NCBI GenBank assembly: GCA_951406725.2 | Contig: OX597821.1 | Coordinates: forward strand, 90,520,001 to 90,584,000 | Direction of reading: 5' to 3' | Source of the DNA: Octopus vulgaris | Taxonomy: Eukaryota | Length of the DNA: 64,000 bases | In this document: positions 39,328 to 52,315 of the stretch, in pieces | Numbering within the stretch: the first letter of the stretch is position 1 | How the letters are laid out: every line of letters begins with the position of its first letter | Notes under the pieces: generated by a model | What the model saw: the letters and a program-made list of their open reading frames with translations, nothing else | Told to the model about the DNA's origin: nothing | Databases searched by the model: none | Program-made: the position numbers and the translations under genes

Positions 39328-39460
39328 CAGAATGGGTCACTTTCAGTTTCCATCTACCAAATCTAGTCACAAGGCTTTGGTTGGCTTGAAGCTATAGTAG
39401 AAAACACTTGGCCAAGGTAACATGCAGCAGGACTGAACCTGGAACTATGTGATTTGGAAA
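39328..39460 (-). mobile_element. SINE family A 5' fragment
   Basis: TTTCAGTTTCCATCTACCAAATC...GGACTGAACC. Confidence 0.75.
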
Positions 39461-39955
39461 CAAATTTAACAGAATTTTACTGTTAAAGTTGCACGTCATT
39501 AAACATAGGGGTCTCTAATTTTAAAATTCTTCTAGTAAAGTCTGCATCTAAAAGAGGTACCGCAATAAAATAAACAAACAACATATCTATTTCATGATGC
39601 TGAGGTTTTTTTAGAAAATGTTAATAAAAACGAATTTGGGACTTTATTGCTGCACAGAAAATTCAAGGGACAGATACAGAAAATACAAAAAAAAAATCTT
39701 TGATAAAAATGATTAATCTAGAACTTACAATTTTATATATAATATCACGTATTGCAAAATTTTATAATAGATACATAATATCAAGCATTTATTATTAAGC
39801 TTTTTACGAAATTACATAATATGATATAATATGATATAGAATAGTACAATATATAATATATCTATATGTATATGTAGGGATAGGATGATAGATCAGCACA
39901 ATTAGCATCCACATTCATATTTACATGAAGCAGAAAAAGTAGTGAATGAAAATAG

Positions 39956-39996
<41 letters not shown>

Positions 39997-40302
39997 TACA
40001 AGATGAAATTATGTAATGTCATGACATTACATAATTCCTTTATACATACATAAATACATACATACACACATGTATACATACATACATACAAACATAATAC
40101 AAACGTATATACATAAATACATGCATGCATACATACATGCATATATGCAAAAATACATACATGCATACAAGCAAACATACACACATACTTAGATGCAAAC
40201 ATAGGCATTCCTGGTTACAAAGTATTATATGTGCTTTTTGTAACCATTTAAATCATTAATATATGTATGTTTCTGCATATATATCTCACTGTTGTGTGTG
40301 TG

Positions 40303-40334
<32 letters not shown>

Positions 40335-41051
40335 CTTGGCCATTATAGTATATATCCTAATATTTTCATGTATGTATATATGCATTGTGACAGATACAGG
40401 CATATACTTAAATATTTGATTTTATATATTTGCAATCAATTACAGAAATATTTAGTTACATATATATTATTATTAATGTGATTCTTCAGACACAGATTGA
40501 ACAGGTGGCATCATGAAAGACATTCCACTATGACCATCTCATCATTTCCATGGGTATTGGGCACCACAAGCGATTTCACTCAAGGTGGCTCCTTTCTCTT
40601 TTAAGAATGTAGTATGTGATTTCAAAGTGATGTGACTGTTGTTTCTTGCAACGCAATGGCTATATATTCACTTACATATGTAAATAAATTTATGAATTTT
40701 TATGAGAAGATCCATTAGGATTTCTGAAAATGTATTTATGTAGATCATCTGATAAAAATTTAATGCAACAGCTATAAAAATAATTCGGACATTATTAGAG
40801 CATGCTAAATCTTTTGCAAAGATGAAAAAATTGCCGGATATTCTTTGTACTACAGGAAGAAGAAAAAAATATGAAAAAAATAACAATTTTTCTATCATAA
40901 ACACCATTTCAGAGCTAATAATTTTGTATCTAAAAATAAAATATCTCTTGAAATTTTTCAAAATTCCTAAAAATTAAATGTCAGATAGTCTTTTATCCAC
41001 TGTGTTAATTGTTCCAAAATATCTAAAGGTCATTTCTTTTCTTATCATGTA

Positions 41052-41205
41052 CAGGCATAGTTGTGTTGTAAGGAACATACATCCCAAACATAGCATTCTG
41101 CGTTCAGTCCCACTGCATAGTACCTTGGGCACGTGCCTTCTATTATAGCTCCAAGCCAACCAAAACCTTGTGAGTGGATTTGGTAGACAGAAAATGAAAG
41201 AAGTC
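41052..41205 (+). mobile_element. SINE family A 5' fragment
   Basis: GTTCAGTCCCACTGC...GTGAGTGGATTTGGTAGAC. Confidence 0.75.
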
Positions 41206-42290
41206 CAAGCTTAGGAAAATTCATAAGGTAGACCCGGTGTAAGCTTTGGACACAGGAAAAGTGCAGTGGCATCAGAGAAAGATTAGCAGGAAACTAACTT
41301 TTGTATGTTGAAGGTGCACAGGTACAATAAACGCTGAAAATGCACAGAAAATAGATTTCATCAACTGCCAGGGCGGGGGCAAACTAGAAGTAGCAGTTAG
41401 CTTCTGTTATCTAGGTGATCAAGTTAGTAGTAGAGGTAGATGCTCCGAGAGCGTTGCTGTGAAAATATGCTTAAGGTGGGCAACATTCAGAGAGCTCCTA
41501 CCACTGCTTGCAAAAAAGGGCATCTCTCTCAGACTGAAAGCCAGATTGTTTGATGCTTGTATGCAAGCAGCTATGCTGCATGGCAGTGAAACATGGGCTA
41601 TGACAGCCGATGACATTTGTGGGCTTGAGAGAAATGAAGCCAGTATGCTTCACTGGATGTGCAATGTCAGTGTGCATGTTCGACAGAGTGTAAGCATCTT
41701 GAGAGAAAAGTTAGGCATAAGAAAGATCAGATATGGTGTACAAGAGAGACGACTGCATTGGTATTGTTATGTGATGCATATAGACGAGGACAGCTGTGTA
41801 AAGAAGTGCTGATCTCTAACTGTGGAGGAAACCTGTGGTAGAGGTCAACCCAGGAAGACATGGGACGAGGTGGCGAAGCATGGTCCTCAAACTTTGAGCC
41901 TTGCAAAGGCAATGACTGGTGACCAAGACCTTTGGTGGTGTGCTGTGCTTGAGAGAAATCATCAAACCAAGTGTACCCGTGATGGTGGCACATAAAGAAA
42001 AACTGTTGGGCGTTGGGCCTTACAGAGGCAAAGAAGCTGATTTCTTTTAGAGTGATGGGCCTCACGGAGGTGAGGTGACTGAGTTCCTTTCGAGTGTTGG
42101 GTCACACGAAGGCAAAGAACAAGACCTTTGGCTTTATGTCATGCTTGGGAAGAAGATCCATCAAGCCCAAGAAAACCCCACCAAATAAGACTGGAGTCTG
42201 GTGCACCCTTCCAGCGTGCAAGCTTGGTCAAACCGTCCAACCCATGCCAAGAAGGTCAACGGATGTTAAATGATGATGATGATGATGATA
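41206..42290 (+). pseudogene. RTE-clade LINE 3' portion (ORF C-terminus, 3' UTR and (GAT)n tail)
   Basis: FCYLGD-like motif, WATFRELLPLL, LFDACMQAAMLHGSETW, LREKLGI, RRLHWY, then a tail homologous to the other RTE tails. Confidence 0.88.
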
Positions 42291-42304
42291 TATAAAGATA
42301 TATT

Positions 42305-42600
42305 GTGTCATTGCATGAACTAAAAGTTGAAGGGGATGGGATAAACAACCTGCATCAACTTGCTATAAAAGCAGGTATCAATTTTACCTTTTACTTATTC
42401 TTAGTGTAAGTTTTGAAAAGTGCAGTTCGATTTTAACTGTTATTTTTCAAAGCTATAATGGAAGTGACAAAGGAGTATATTCGGCATATTTTGCTTTATG
42501 CATTCAATAAAGGCAACAACACAATGGAAAGTGCGAGAAACATTAATGCAGCATATGGAGATCGAAAAATAAATGAATGCCAGTGTCAACAGTGGTTCCT
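42305..42600 (+). mobile_element. Mariner 5' fragment (same family as 52316-53591)
   Basis: ATTGCATGAACTAAAAGTTG...GCTATAATGGAAGTGACAAAG is shared; it encodes MEVTKEYIRHILLYAFNKG. Confidence 0.85.
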
Positions 42601-42933
42601 AGAAGAAGAATATTTTCTATGAGGAAAACAAATAATATAAATGTGCAGAAATTACTGTACAACTGTACAACTAAAACCTCCACGAAGTATTCTTTGACTG
42701 ACAAAGAACTGAATTATATTTCCCACTTCAAATATAGAACAGATAACTTTTACAGAATACATATATATATGTATGTGAACTGAAATGTAATTACAAGCCT
42801 ATGCTAGGTCAACCACATCATCACACTAAATTTGAATGGATACTGAAAAAAAAGCAAGGATACCAACACAATAACAGTTACATAAACCTCACTCAAGTAA
42901 CTGGGAAGGCATTTTCTGGGAACAAGAATCACT

Positions 42934-43352
42934 GGATCTTTTCGGTTTGAATGACAGTTTTTTCTAGCAGTGTCATATGAAATTGTCACCCATAATTATG
43001 ACCCTAGTATCGATCTATTGCATTTCAATCTGTTTTAGGGTTAGGGTTAGGGGTGGGAGGAAGGGTATCTTTTTTTTTTTCACAAATGTAAATAAACCCA
43101 ATCTGTTTCTTAAACAAGGGACATATTCATATGGCACAGAATGCTTTTTACCTCAATAGACGTCATTGATTGGTTGAAATTGCAGGAATTGAAGAAAAAT
43201 AAACAACAAATATCTTACAAACTACAGAATTTTCTCAATAAAGCCAAGAGAAAAATATGTTTTATAAACACATTCTACCAGTATACGAAGTTTAACATTT
43301 TTTAGTTACCTAGAAATTATGTTAAAAACTGCCGTTCAAACTGAAAAGATCC
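42934..43352. mobile_element. MITE with GG termini, 8-bp TSD and internal TTAGGG repeats (Merlin-like)
   Basis: TIRs GGATCTTTTCGGTTTGAATGACAGTTTTT and AAAAACTGCCGTTCAAACTGAAAAGATCC; TSD GAATCACT / GAATCGCT. A related right end lies at ~23150-23241. Confidence 0.85.
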
Positions 43353-45000
43353 GAATCGCTTCCATTATAGGATCAGAAATACATCTCTTTTGGTCAAAGG
43401 TGACATAAAACACAAATCAAATTTACGTCCATTGTTTTCAAAATGTCATAAGTGACATGGCTACTTATTTATATAATCTACACATTGTTTTTACATATGG
43501 AAATACTACCCAAAACTTTGTTAAGTATAAACCAGTTTCTGGCTAGTTAAATATGATTTTGATCTACTTCAAAACTTTTAGCCAGAATATTCACAAAAAT
43601 GTATACATTAAAACCTTTTTTGATACAAAAGACTTAATCTAACGTGGAATTTCTTTTTCTTTTTCTTTTTCCTTCATTCATTTTTAGTTTTGTTAAATAT
43701 ATCAAACTTGCCTTATGAATACATACGCCAATATCATTTCAGTTAAACTATAACACGAAAGTTTTTCATGTGAAAATGTATTTTCATATAGACATAGAAA
43801 ACAACTATTTACTACTTGAAAAGTTAAATTTGTTTAATTAAACAAAAATATATATATATGAATATAAAAATGTGATGCATTTTAGAACTTTTCTCAATAT
43901 TTTTCATGTTTGTGTATGTGTGTGTGTATTTATATGAATGGCTACACACATCTCAATGCATATAGATATACATGTAAATGTACATGTGGTTATATATATA
44001 TATGTATGTTTGTATGTATGTATGTATCTATGTATATACACATATCAGTAGACATACATATAAGCATAGATCACACACATTGATAGAGTTTGTGGAGATA
44101 AAATATACAGCTTTTGACATTTCTTCATATTGAATAGATACTTGAAAGGAAAGGAGAACAAATATATCAAAAAATAAATAAAAATGAAAAAAAAAATGTA
44201 TATTAAAAGTTAAGAAAAAAAATCATCCAGATAAATATTACAAAGAATGTTTTCTTGAAAATCAGAAAAGAAGAAAGGAAACAACAAACGACTAAGAACA
44301 AACAAAACAGAAATTATGATATTTCAAGGGTTTAAGTTCCATAATGTCCCATGGTTAAAGCATCAAATACGTCACGTCATGAATACTGAAAATCAAGTAT
44401 TAGTAGCATATATGGCGGGTCATATTAACAAAAGAATTAACTAAACACAATAAATAAAATAAAATGAACGGAGATTTCTTGAAATACTTATTGATCAATT
44501 AATCAATTAGGTTTGGCTCCGCAGTATACGATGCTTTCAGGCAATGTCTTCAGACATTTCAAGATGCTGATTGCTTATGAGTTGAATGGCAAATCTTTGA
44601 ATCTTTGATTCAGTTATTGTTCACATTGATGTACAGGTCATATGGAAAATAAACCAGTTGACTCATATACATAAATATATGCCTAAACATATATATGTGT
44701 GTGTATGTATATGCGTTTGTGAGTACGTGTGTGTGTTTATTTGTGTGTATAAATAGATACCTATATAAATATGTGTGTGCGTGTATGAATAAATAAATAT
44801 ACACACACACTTATATACATATGGAGTGTCCAACATATATATCTATTATATATATATATATTATATAATATATACATATATATATATATATACAGTACAA
44901 CAGTGGTTCCTGACCACTGGGCTGTAAACCAATACTGGGCCTTGTAGCAACTTGATACCAGGCCAAACAGAGCAAATAATTTTTTTTTCTAGGGGAACTA

Positions 45001-45155
45001 GACATGTCAGATTAGACAGAGGGGCAGACCCAACACATAACATTACACGACATGTCAAATTAGCCAGAGGGGCACAAACAACGCATAACATTACATGACA
45101 TGTCAGATTAGCCAGAGGGCCAGACCCAACCCATAACATTACATGACATGTCAGA
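45001..45155. repeat. ~48-49-bp minisatellite (three full units plus a partial), possibly inside an hAT-like MITE starting CAGTGGTTC at 44901
   Basis: GACATGTCAGATTAG.CAGAGGG...CATAACATTACA repeated. Confidence 0.85.
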
Positions 45156-45161
45156 GAACCC

Positions 45162-45352
45162 AATAATTATAGGTATAAACCTGAACTTGTAATCTGAATA
45201 GAGTATCTGCAGATTTCTCAATAGTTCAGCATCTCTTTTTCACTGATCTCCAGCTTTATCTTAACATTCGCTGGGCAGCTAATTTCCACAACTGTGCACA
45301 GTTTCTCTTCTCTATCCCAAATCATCATATCAGGTCCGTTGTGCTTACATTT
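45162..45352 (-). pseudogene. Restriction-like endonuclease (REL) domain fragment of an R4/Dong-type retrotransposon
   Basis: The minus strand reads KCKHNGPDMMIWDREEKLCTVVEISCP...ELLRNLQILYSDYKFRFIPIII (HNRPD...E/D.xxP motif). Confidence 0.8.
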
Positions 45353-45801
45353 TATTGTATGCATGTATGTATGTATGTATGTATGTATGTATGTATGTAT
45401 GTATGTATGTATGTATAGTAAAACGTCCAGCTAAAGCTATCCGTAAAATCTTTAACTTATTACTTTCTAATGTCTTAAATATAAAGAAGAAATTAAACGG
45501 ACATGGGTTTGGCCTCAAATATCAAGCTTCTCTTGCACAGACGTATATAAAAGGAATCTGATCATATATATTTGCTTCTATCAATTTCACATGCATAGTA
45601 GTCGCTATACAACTACTATGAAGGTTTAAGGAAATCAAATCAACCACAGTTCTTATTTCAGTCCAGCATTTATTTTATCCATCAATATTTGTAAGACTGA
45701 AAGTCACAGAACATGAGAAGTTGCAATATACGAACATCTGTTTTCTGATCGATGTAGATATAAACATAGGCACTCATATAAACGCATATACATACATGTA
45801 A

Positions 45802-47037
45802 GGTACGTTCAAGAAGTTTTGAGACTTTTTTTTAGGAGAAACATTTATTCAAATCAAAGAATACAAAATTCTAATTTCTTTCAAAATAGAATCTTCTGAC
45901 TCCAATGTAGTTGTTGTTGCATCCCAGCCACTTCATGAAGGCTCCATGAAAACCATTCAAAAAGAAACTGTCCAGGACCCTTCTTACAATCCCTTTCATG
46001 TCTTTCAACTTGTGGAACAGCCAAAACTCATAGGGAGCAAGGTCTGTATTGTGGAGAGACTGAAGAACAGTTTTAATGCCCGTCACTGTCCAGTAGCTGC
46101 TTACCAGGGTGGAATTATGGACTGGTGTTTTGTTTTGGTGCAGGTGTTCAACCCTTTTGTGACAAAATTTCTTTCTGGACTCCACTAAAACCTCCACGAA
46201 GTATTCTTTGTTGAGCATCTTGCTAGAAGGAATGAAGTTGATGCAGATGATACTCATGCAGTTGATAAAGGGAGTCATCATGAGGTTCCCAGTGGATTTG
46301 CTTTGCCTAGCCTCTTCTGCCAGCGATAAACAGACACTCGGCTGTGTGGTAAGTAGCTTGCTAACCAACCACATGGTTGCGGGTTCAGTCCCACTGCGTG
46401 GCAACTTGGGCAAGTGTCTTCTGCTATAGCTCCGGGCCGACCAAAGCTTTGTGAATGGATTTGGTAGACGGAAACTGAAAGAAGCTTGTCGTATATATGT
46501 ATATATATATATGTGTGTGCGTGTTTGTGTGTCTGTGTTTGTCCCCCTAGCATTGCTTGACAACCGATGCTGGTGTGTTTACGTCCCCGTCACTTAGCGG
46601 TTCAGCAAAAGAGACTGATAGAATAAGTACTGGGCTTACAAAGAATAAGTCCCGGGGTCAATTTGATCGACTAAAGGTGGTGCTCCAGCATGGCTGCAGT
46701 CAAATGACTGAAACAAGTAAAAGAGTAAAAGAGTAAAGCATTTAAAGAATTTCTGTAGCATTTCCCCTCAGTTTAACACAAAATTTTATTGCATAGTGTG
46801 CGTCTAAGTTGTCTTTATGTCCAAAATGCATTCTGCAATCTAGTTACCTGTGACAAGCAATGCTTTGTAAGGTGTGTCCAGAAAGCTACTACAGGTGCTT
46901 CATTCAATCTGAAATTTTAAAAAATGTTAGCAGGTCAGCTTATCAAATATATAGTTTTGATATACTAAAATTACAATAATGTTGCACAATTATAATTGTC
47001 CAACATAACTACAAAGTGTTTCAAAACTTCTGAAATA
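45802..47037 (-). mobile_element. Decayed mariner element split by a SINE A insertion
   Basis: HLHQNKTPVHNS (HxDNAPxH) and TDLAPYEFWLFHKLK (SPDLAPxDFxLFxxLK); degenerate TIRs TTCAAGAAGTTTTGAGAC and GTTTCAAAACTTCTGAA. Confidence 0.78.
46340..46735 (+). mobile_element. SINE family A nested in the mariner element
   Basis: Head GGCTGTGTGGTAAG through tail GTAAAAGAGTAAAAGAGT. Confidence 0.92.
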
Positions 47038-47761
47038 TACATGCATGTGCAAATATATTAGTTATTAATTTCATGTTTGAAAAGAGAAAGGAAAATGTCT
47101 TTTTAGACATTAATCCTTCATCAGAAAAACAAAAGGAAGGTGGTGGAAAAGAGGGAGCGAAACAGAAAGAGGGAGATGGGTGGGAATGTAGTTCTATGGT
47201 GAAAAGTTAAGAGGAGAAGAGGCAGAGTGTTTTGCACATAAGCATATGCACAGACATGTATACATTTATGTATGTATATCACATATTCATAAGATACATA
47301 GAAATAAACATTTTTCAGTTTTACTGAAAATTATTTGTTATTCTAACAAATTAGCAATAATACTCAATAAAAATGAAACATATAAAGCTTTTAGCTATTA
47401 ATTAACTAAAACAGAGAGACTCTCAAAACTGAAATCTAATTACATAGAAATAAATTACCTACCAGCCATTCCAAGTCTCCAAACAACACTATTGATTCTA
47501 TCAGTCAACAACACATCACCATGTAACTGAAGAATTCATGAGAAGAAATGATGCAAAAAATACTTTATAAATCATGTACGGCTCTTTATATAATCATGTA
47601 CGGCTCTTTATATAATGTATAGAAATGGCTGAAAATAAATATTGAATGTGTGCTTATGAATCAGTTACAAATCAGAAGTGATTTCTAGAAGGGTTGCTCT
47701 AGAACAAGCCAATAAAGAATTTGCAAATGTGAAAAAATATGGTATATTTATTAATAATCTT

Positions 47762-47948
47762 TGGCACGTAAAAAGCACCCACTACACTCATGGAGTGGTT
47801 GGCATTAGGAAGGGCATCCAGCCATAGAAACACTGCCAGATCAGACTGGGCCTGATGCAGCCTTCTGGCTTCACAGACCCCAGTTGAACCGTCCAACCCA
47901 TGCTAGCATGGAAAGCGGATGCTAAATGATGATGATGATGATGATGAT
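47762..47948 (+). mobile_element. RTE 3'-tail fragment
   Basis: GGCACGTAAAAAGCACCC...GGGCATCCAGCCATAGAAAC...(GAT)n. Confidence 0.88.
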
Positions 47949-48244
47949 ATACTGAGAATTATTTCATAAAGCAAATGTCTTTGAGAGTATCTTCTCTAGG
48001 AATACCCAAGCATATTAGAGAGAGTGATAGAAAAGAGAATGATGGCAGATGAGGTGATCAGGCTGCATTCATCAACTGCTCTATCCTCACCTCTTTTTCC
48101 ATGGTACCTTCTGTCCTATCTTTTTATCACTTCTCTCAGTACATTCACTCACTGCTCACCTATCCTTGCTCTCTTTCTTTCCCTGTACTCTCTCCATATC
48201 TACTCTGACCCTCAACATACTCTCACCTTTCAATTACACAAACT

Positions 48245-48388
48245 CCAGTGTGTAACTGGTAATTAGTCCATCAACCCCGAAAGAATGAAAGACAAAGTCA
48301 ACCTCAGCAGAATTTGAGCTCAAAATATGAAGGCAAAATGCTGCTAAGCTATTTTGTCTGGCATGGTAATGATTCTACCAGCTCGCCA
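48245..48388 (-). mobile_element. SINE family B-related fragment with CpG decay
   Basis: CCAGTGTGTAACTGGT...ATGAAAGACAAAGTCAACCTCAGCAGAATTTGA. Confidence 0.75.
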
Positions 48389-49439
48389 ATATTTTTAACA
48401 GCAATAAGAAAATGAATAAGAATAATTGTTTCGTACACAACACAGAAGCTAGAGAGATTTAGTGGGGACAGGAGAAAGATGTGTGCATATTTACATGCAC
48501 AATACTGAACAATGAAGCAGAAAATTCATGGCTCAACGGCAACTGCAACAACAATGCTACAACCCTGCCGCATAAGCATACATACACGCACACAACCCAT
48601 GCAAACATGAAGAAAATTAAACAAAAAACTATGGCAATTTTGTGTATGAATTTAAATCAATAAAAGGCAAGATTTGTAATTAAGAAGTCAGGGTGTTGTA
48701 AACTCTTCTATATTTCTACTTTGGTTGTCAACTTGAGGCAGACAATCAAGCTAGCTTGAAATTAAATCTTCAATGCTCTTGACATGGTGGTCTTTTTATA
48801 GTGATTATTCTTGTAGCTGCTGCTGTTGTTGCTGATAGGGTTGTGATGGAGCCGGCAGTAGTTCTTGTTATTCCTATTTTTCTTCTTACTTTTTTTGTAT
48901 ACCTTGCAGTGTAGTTATAGTTAATTCCTCCTAAATTTATTTTTAAACTTTTTATTCCTATTTTAAAATTTTTTTATTTATTTCTGTTATTGTTGTTCTT
49001 ATAGTTATTTGTTTTTGCCTTAAGGGCCGTAGACTAGCAGAAGTGGTAAAGTGCTAGGTTAAAATGTCCTATAATGTTTCATTTCGAATTCTACCTGTGG
49101 TTTTCATTTTCATTTTCCTTTCCTCGTTGAGTTAATAAAATTTGAGGTTGCTACCAGTAATTAACTGTTCTACAATGTTTCCCTACAAATTTCTGACATT
49201 GCAACAATGTTAGAAACCATCGCTATTGTTGTTTTCCTTTTATCTTCTGCCTGTGAGGAAGCAGCCATCCTGAAACATTTTTATGTACTTTTATAACATA
49301 AGATACAATAATATAGATTTTTATAGGTTCTTTTTATGGATGTTTTTAATATCAATTTTATAATATAGATTTTTTCCATGAAAAATAAGAACCTTTATTT
49401 ATGAAGAGGTGGAAATAGGAAAGTGTGACATCCATGTAT

Positions 49440-49585
49440 TTGCTGTTGTTGTTGTTGTCATCGTCGGCAGCGGTGGTGGTGGTGGTGGTGGTGGTGGTGG
49501 TGGTGGTGGTACTGCTGCTGCTGCTCTTGCTGCTGCTGCTGCTCTTGCTGCTGCTGCTCTTGCTGCTGCTGTTGTTGTTGTTGTT
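49440..49585. repeat. Compound (GTT)/(GGT)/(GCT) trinucleotide tract
   Basis: Direct observation. Confidence 0.9.
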
Positions 49586-50134
49586 TAGCCCCAGGTCAGG
49601 CCTGGTGAAACAAAAGCATTCCTACCATGACCATACTCTTCTTTTCTTGTTTTATCAAACTGTAACAGGGACCAAAAAGTATGTGGACATTTATTTAAGA
49701 TGGTTTGGCTTAGTAGTTAAGGAACTTCATGCAGGATCATTAAGTTCTTAGTTCAATTCTTGGACTGAGCAGTGTGTTCTTAAGCAAGGTACCTCCTTTC
49801 TCACACACCAGTCCTAGTGGTGGTTCAGCTCTTTCTCTCCCAAATTGTCACATCCTGGAGGCTGTGCTGGGCCAAGAGTAAGATGACTAAGACAAAGCCT
49901 GTTCTTGATTACAATGACACCTAAAACAATTAGCAAATACATGGAATGTTTTAATAAGTCATTATTAAAACATGACTAGGGAATAGGATGGTATACATGA
50001 AATGTTTCCTAACAGCTGTAACAGTATAACAATACAAGTATAGTGTGAAAGAGCTATTTTAGCCATCTCTTCCATGATTTAACTGTTTCAGCCCCAACAC
50101 AATATCTCAGATCACTGACTTGTCAAACAAGTAA

Positions 50135-50554
50135 TACTCTCTACTCTTTTTCTCCTTTACTTGTTTCAGTCATTTGACAGTGGCCATGCTGGAGCACCAC
50201 CTTTAGTCGAGCAAATCGCCCTCAGGACTTATTCTTTGTAAGCGTAGTACTTATTCTATCGATCTCTTTTGCCAAACTGCTAAGTTACGCGGACGTAAAC
50301 ACACCAGCATCAGTTGTCAAGCGATGTTGGGGAGACAAACACAGACACACAAACACACACACACACATATATATTCATATATACATATATATGACAGGCT
50401 TCTTCCAGTTTCGGTCTACCAAATCTACTCACAAGACTTTGATTGGCCTGAGGCTATAGTAGAAGACACTTGCCCAAGGTGTCATGCAGTGGGACTGAAC
50501 CCGGAACCATGTGGTTGGTAAGCAAGCTACTTACCACACAACCACTCCTGCGTC
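50135..50554 (-). mobile_element. SINE family A, full length, with CpG decay
   Basis: Colinear copy. Confidence 0.92.
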
Positions 50555-50594
50555 TACTGTTGAAGTAATTTTATTTTTATTTTTTCATTTAACC

Positions 50595-50950
50595 TTCCTT
50601 GTTCATGCTGGCATGGGTTGGACATTTTCATTGGGTTGGCATGCTGGAAGGCTGTGCCAGGCTCCAGTCTGATTTGGGATGGTTTTCTATGGCTGTATAC
50701 CCTTCATAACACCAACCACCCAGAGAGTGTAATGAGTACATGGGTGCCATTTGCATGACACCAGGGTGTGTTTACATGTCAATTTGTGTGACACCAGCAT
50801 CTGCTATGATTGCAATTTTACTTGGCTTGATAGGTCTTCTTCTCAAGCATGACATAATGCCAAAGGTCTTGATCATTGCCTCCATGAGACCCAACAATTG
50901 AAATGAATTCAGCCACTTTGCCTCCATGAGGTCCAATGCTCGAAAGGAAC
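50595..50950 (-). mobile_element. RTE 3' end (old)
   Basis: CATGCTGGCATGGGTTGGAC...CCAGGCTCCAGTCTGAT...CTTCTCAAGCATGACATAATGCCAAAGGTCT. Confidence 0.75.
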
Positions 50951-52055
50951 TTATGAAGCTTGCTTCCCAATCTAATGGACATTGTTTCAGTCCCGCTGTG
51001 AGGCATCGTAAGCAAATGTCTTTTTCTATAGGCCCAGATTGACCAAAAGTCTTGTGAAGGGATTAGATATAAGGAAACTGAAAGAAAGCCATTATATGTG
51101 TGTGTGTGTGTGTGTGCATATGTGTGTATGTGTATGTGTATATATATATATATATGTATATATATTATGTAGTAGTTGGTTATGGTCAGTCATAATGTTA
51201 CCTTTAGCTTTGTGCCTAGTTTTGCCTTATTTTGGGGGACACATCGAAGCTGCTGACCAAAGGCATATAATCTCTTTATTAATGGTGGTAAAAATAAAGT
51301 CTTGGTTAGCTTGGTGCTGAAAAAAACCTGAAAGGAAATTTTTTCCAAAGCAAAATACATTATTGGAGAATTGGAGTTTCTTCCCTTTGAACAGTTCCAG
51401 TCATGTCCTAAACAGGTCAGTTTATGTGCATTTTATGTCCACTAGTCAGTAAGTGGGGAAACCTATTTCTTATGAGAGTACAGGCTACAAATCTTACTTT
51501 TTGAATTTAAAAGGCATCCAGATCAAGTGAGGTTTTTTAGAATCCTTGCCCTCTCTCTCTCTTTACATATATATATTATATTCTATCATATTATTACAAT
51601 TTATATATCATCATCATATTTTCTTGCAAAAGACTTTCAAAACCTTTATGATTTAGAAATGAATCTTAGCTTAGCATTATATGAGATTTCTAGCCAGGAT
51701 GTCTTGCATAGAAAAAAATCTTTTCTTGCCGGAGACAACAGTTTATCATGAAGAAAGAGTATTAGTGGATCTTGTACCTACACTTGATGCATTCCTATTT
51801 CTTTAGTAGACAGTGGGAAATAAAATTTTTCACTACAGAACACAAGTTTCAATGAGATTTGAACTCTTGACTATCAAGTAACAAATCTAATATTATGCAA
51901 CCTTATTGATAATTTCATCTCTATTGATTTCTTCATACATAAGTCAAAATGTCTAGAAGTGCACAATCTTAGTTATTTCTGCTTTTTTCTTACACTGTTT
52001 TTATTGGGTCATCCCATAGATAACGCAGTTTTTTCGATTGCCTGAATTAAAAGTT

Positions 52056-52300
52056 GTCACGCAAATTGGCACCCATGCCAGTGAATGTAAACACACCCCT
52101 AGTATTATGCAAATGGCATGTAAAAGAGCCCATTACACTCTCGGAGTGGTTGGCATTAGAAAGGGCATCCAGTTGTGGAAAACCACACCAAATCAGACTG
52201 GAGTCTGGTGCACCCTTCCAGCATGCCAGCCCTGTCAAACCGTCCAACCCATGTCAAGAAGGGCAACGGACGGTAAACGATGATGATGATAATGATGATG
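52056..52300 (+). mobile_element. RTE 3'-tail between two copies of a mariner left end
   Basis: GGGCATCCAGTTGTGGAAA...(GAT)n, preceded by an isolated TIR copy at 52003-52056. Confidence 0.8.
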
Positions 52301-52315
52301 ATATATATATATATA

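Noticed and set aside
45871-46563. 230-aa ORF as a gene
   Set aside because: It is a chance fusion of an antisense SINE A frame with a decayed mariner transposase whose catalytic motifs are mutated.
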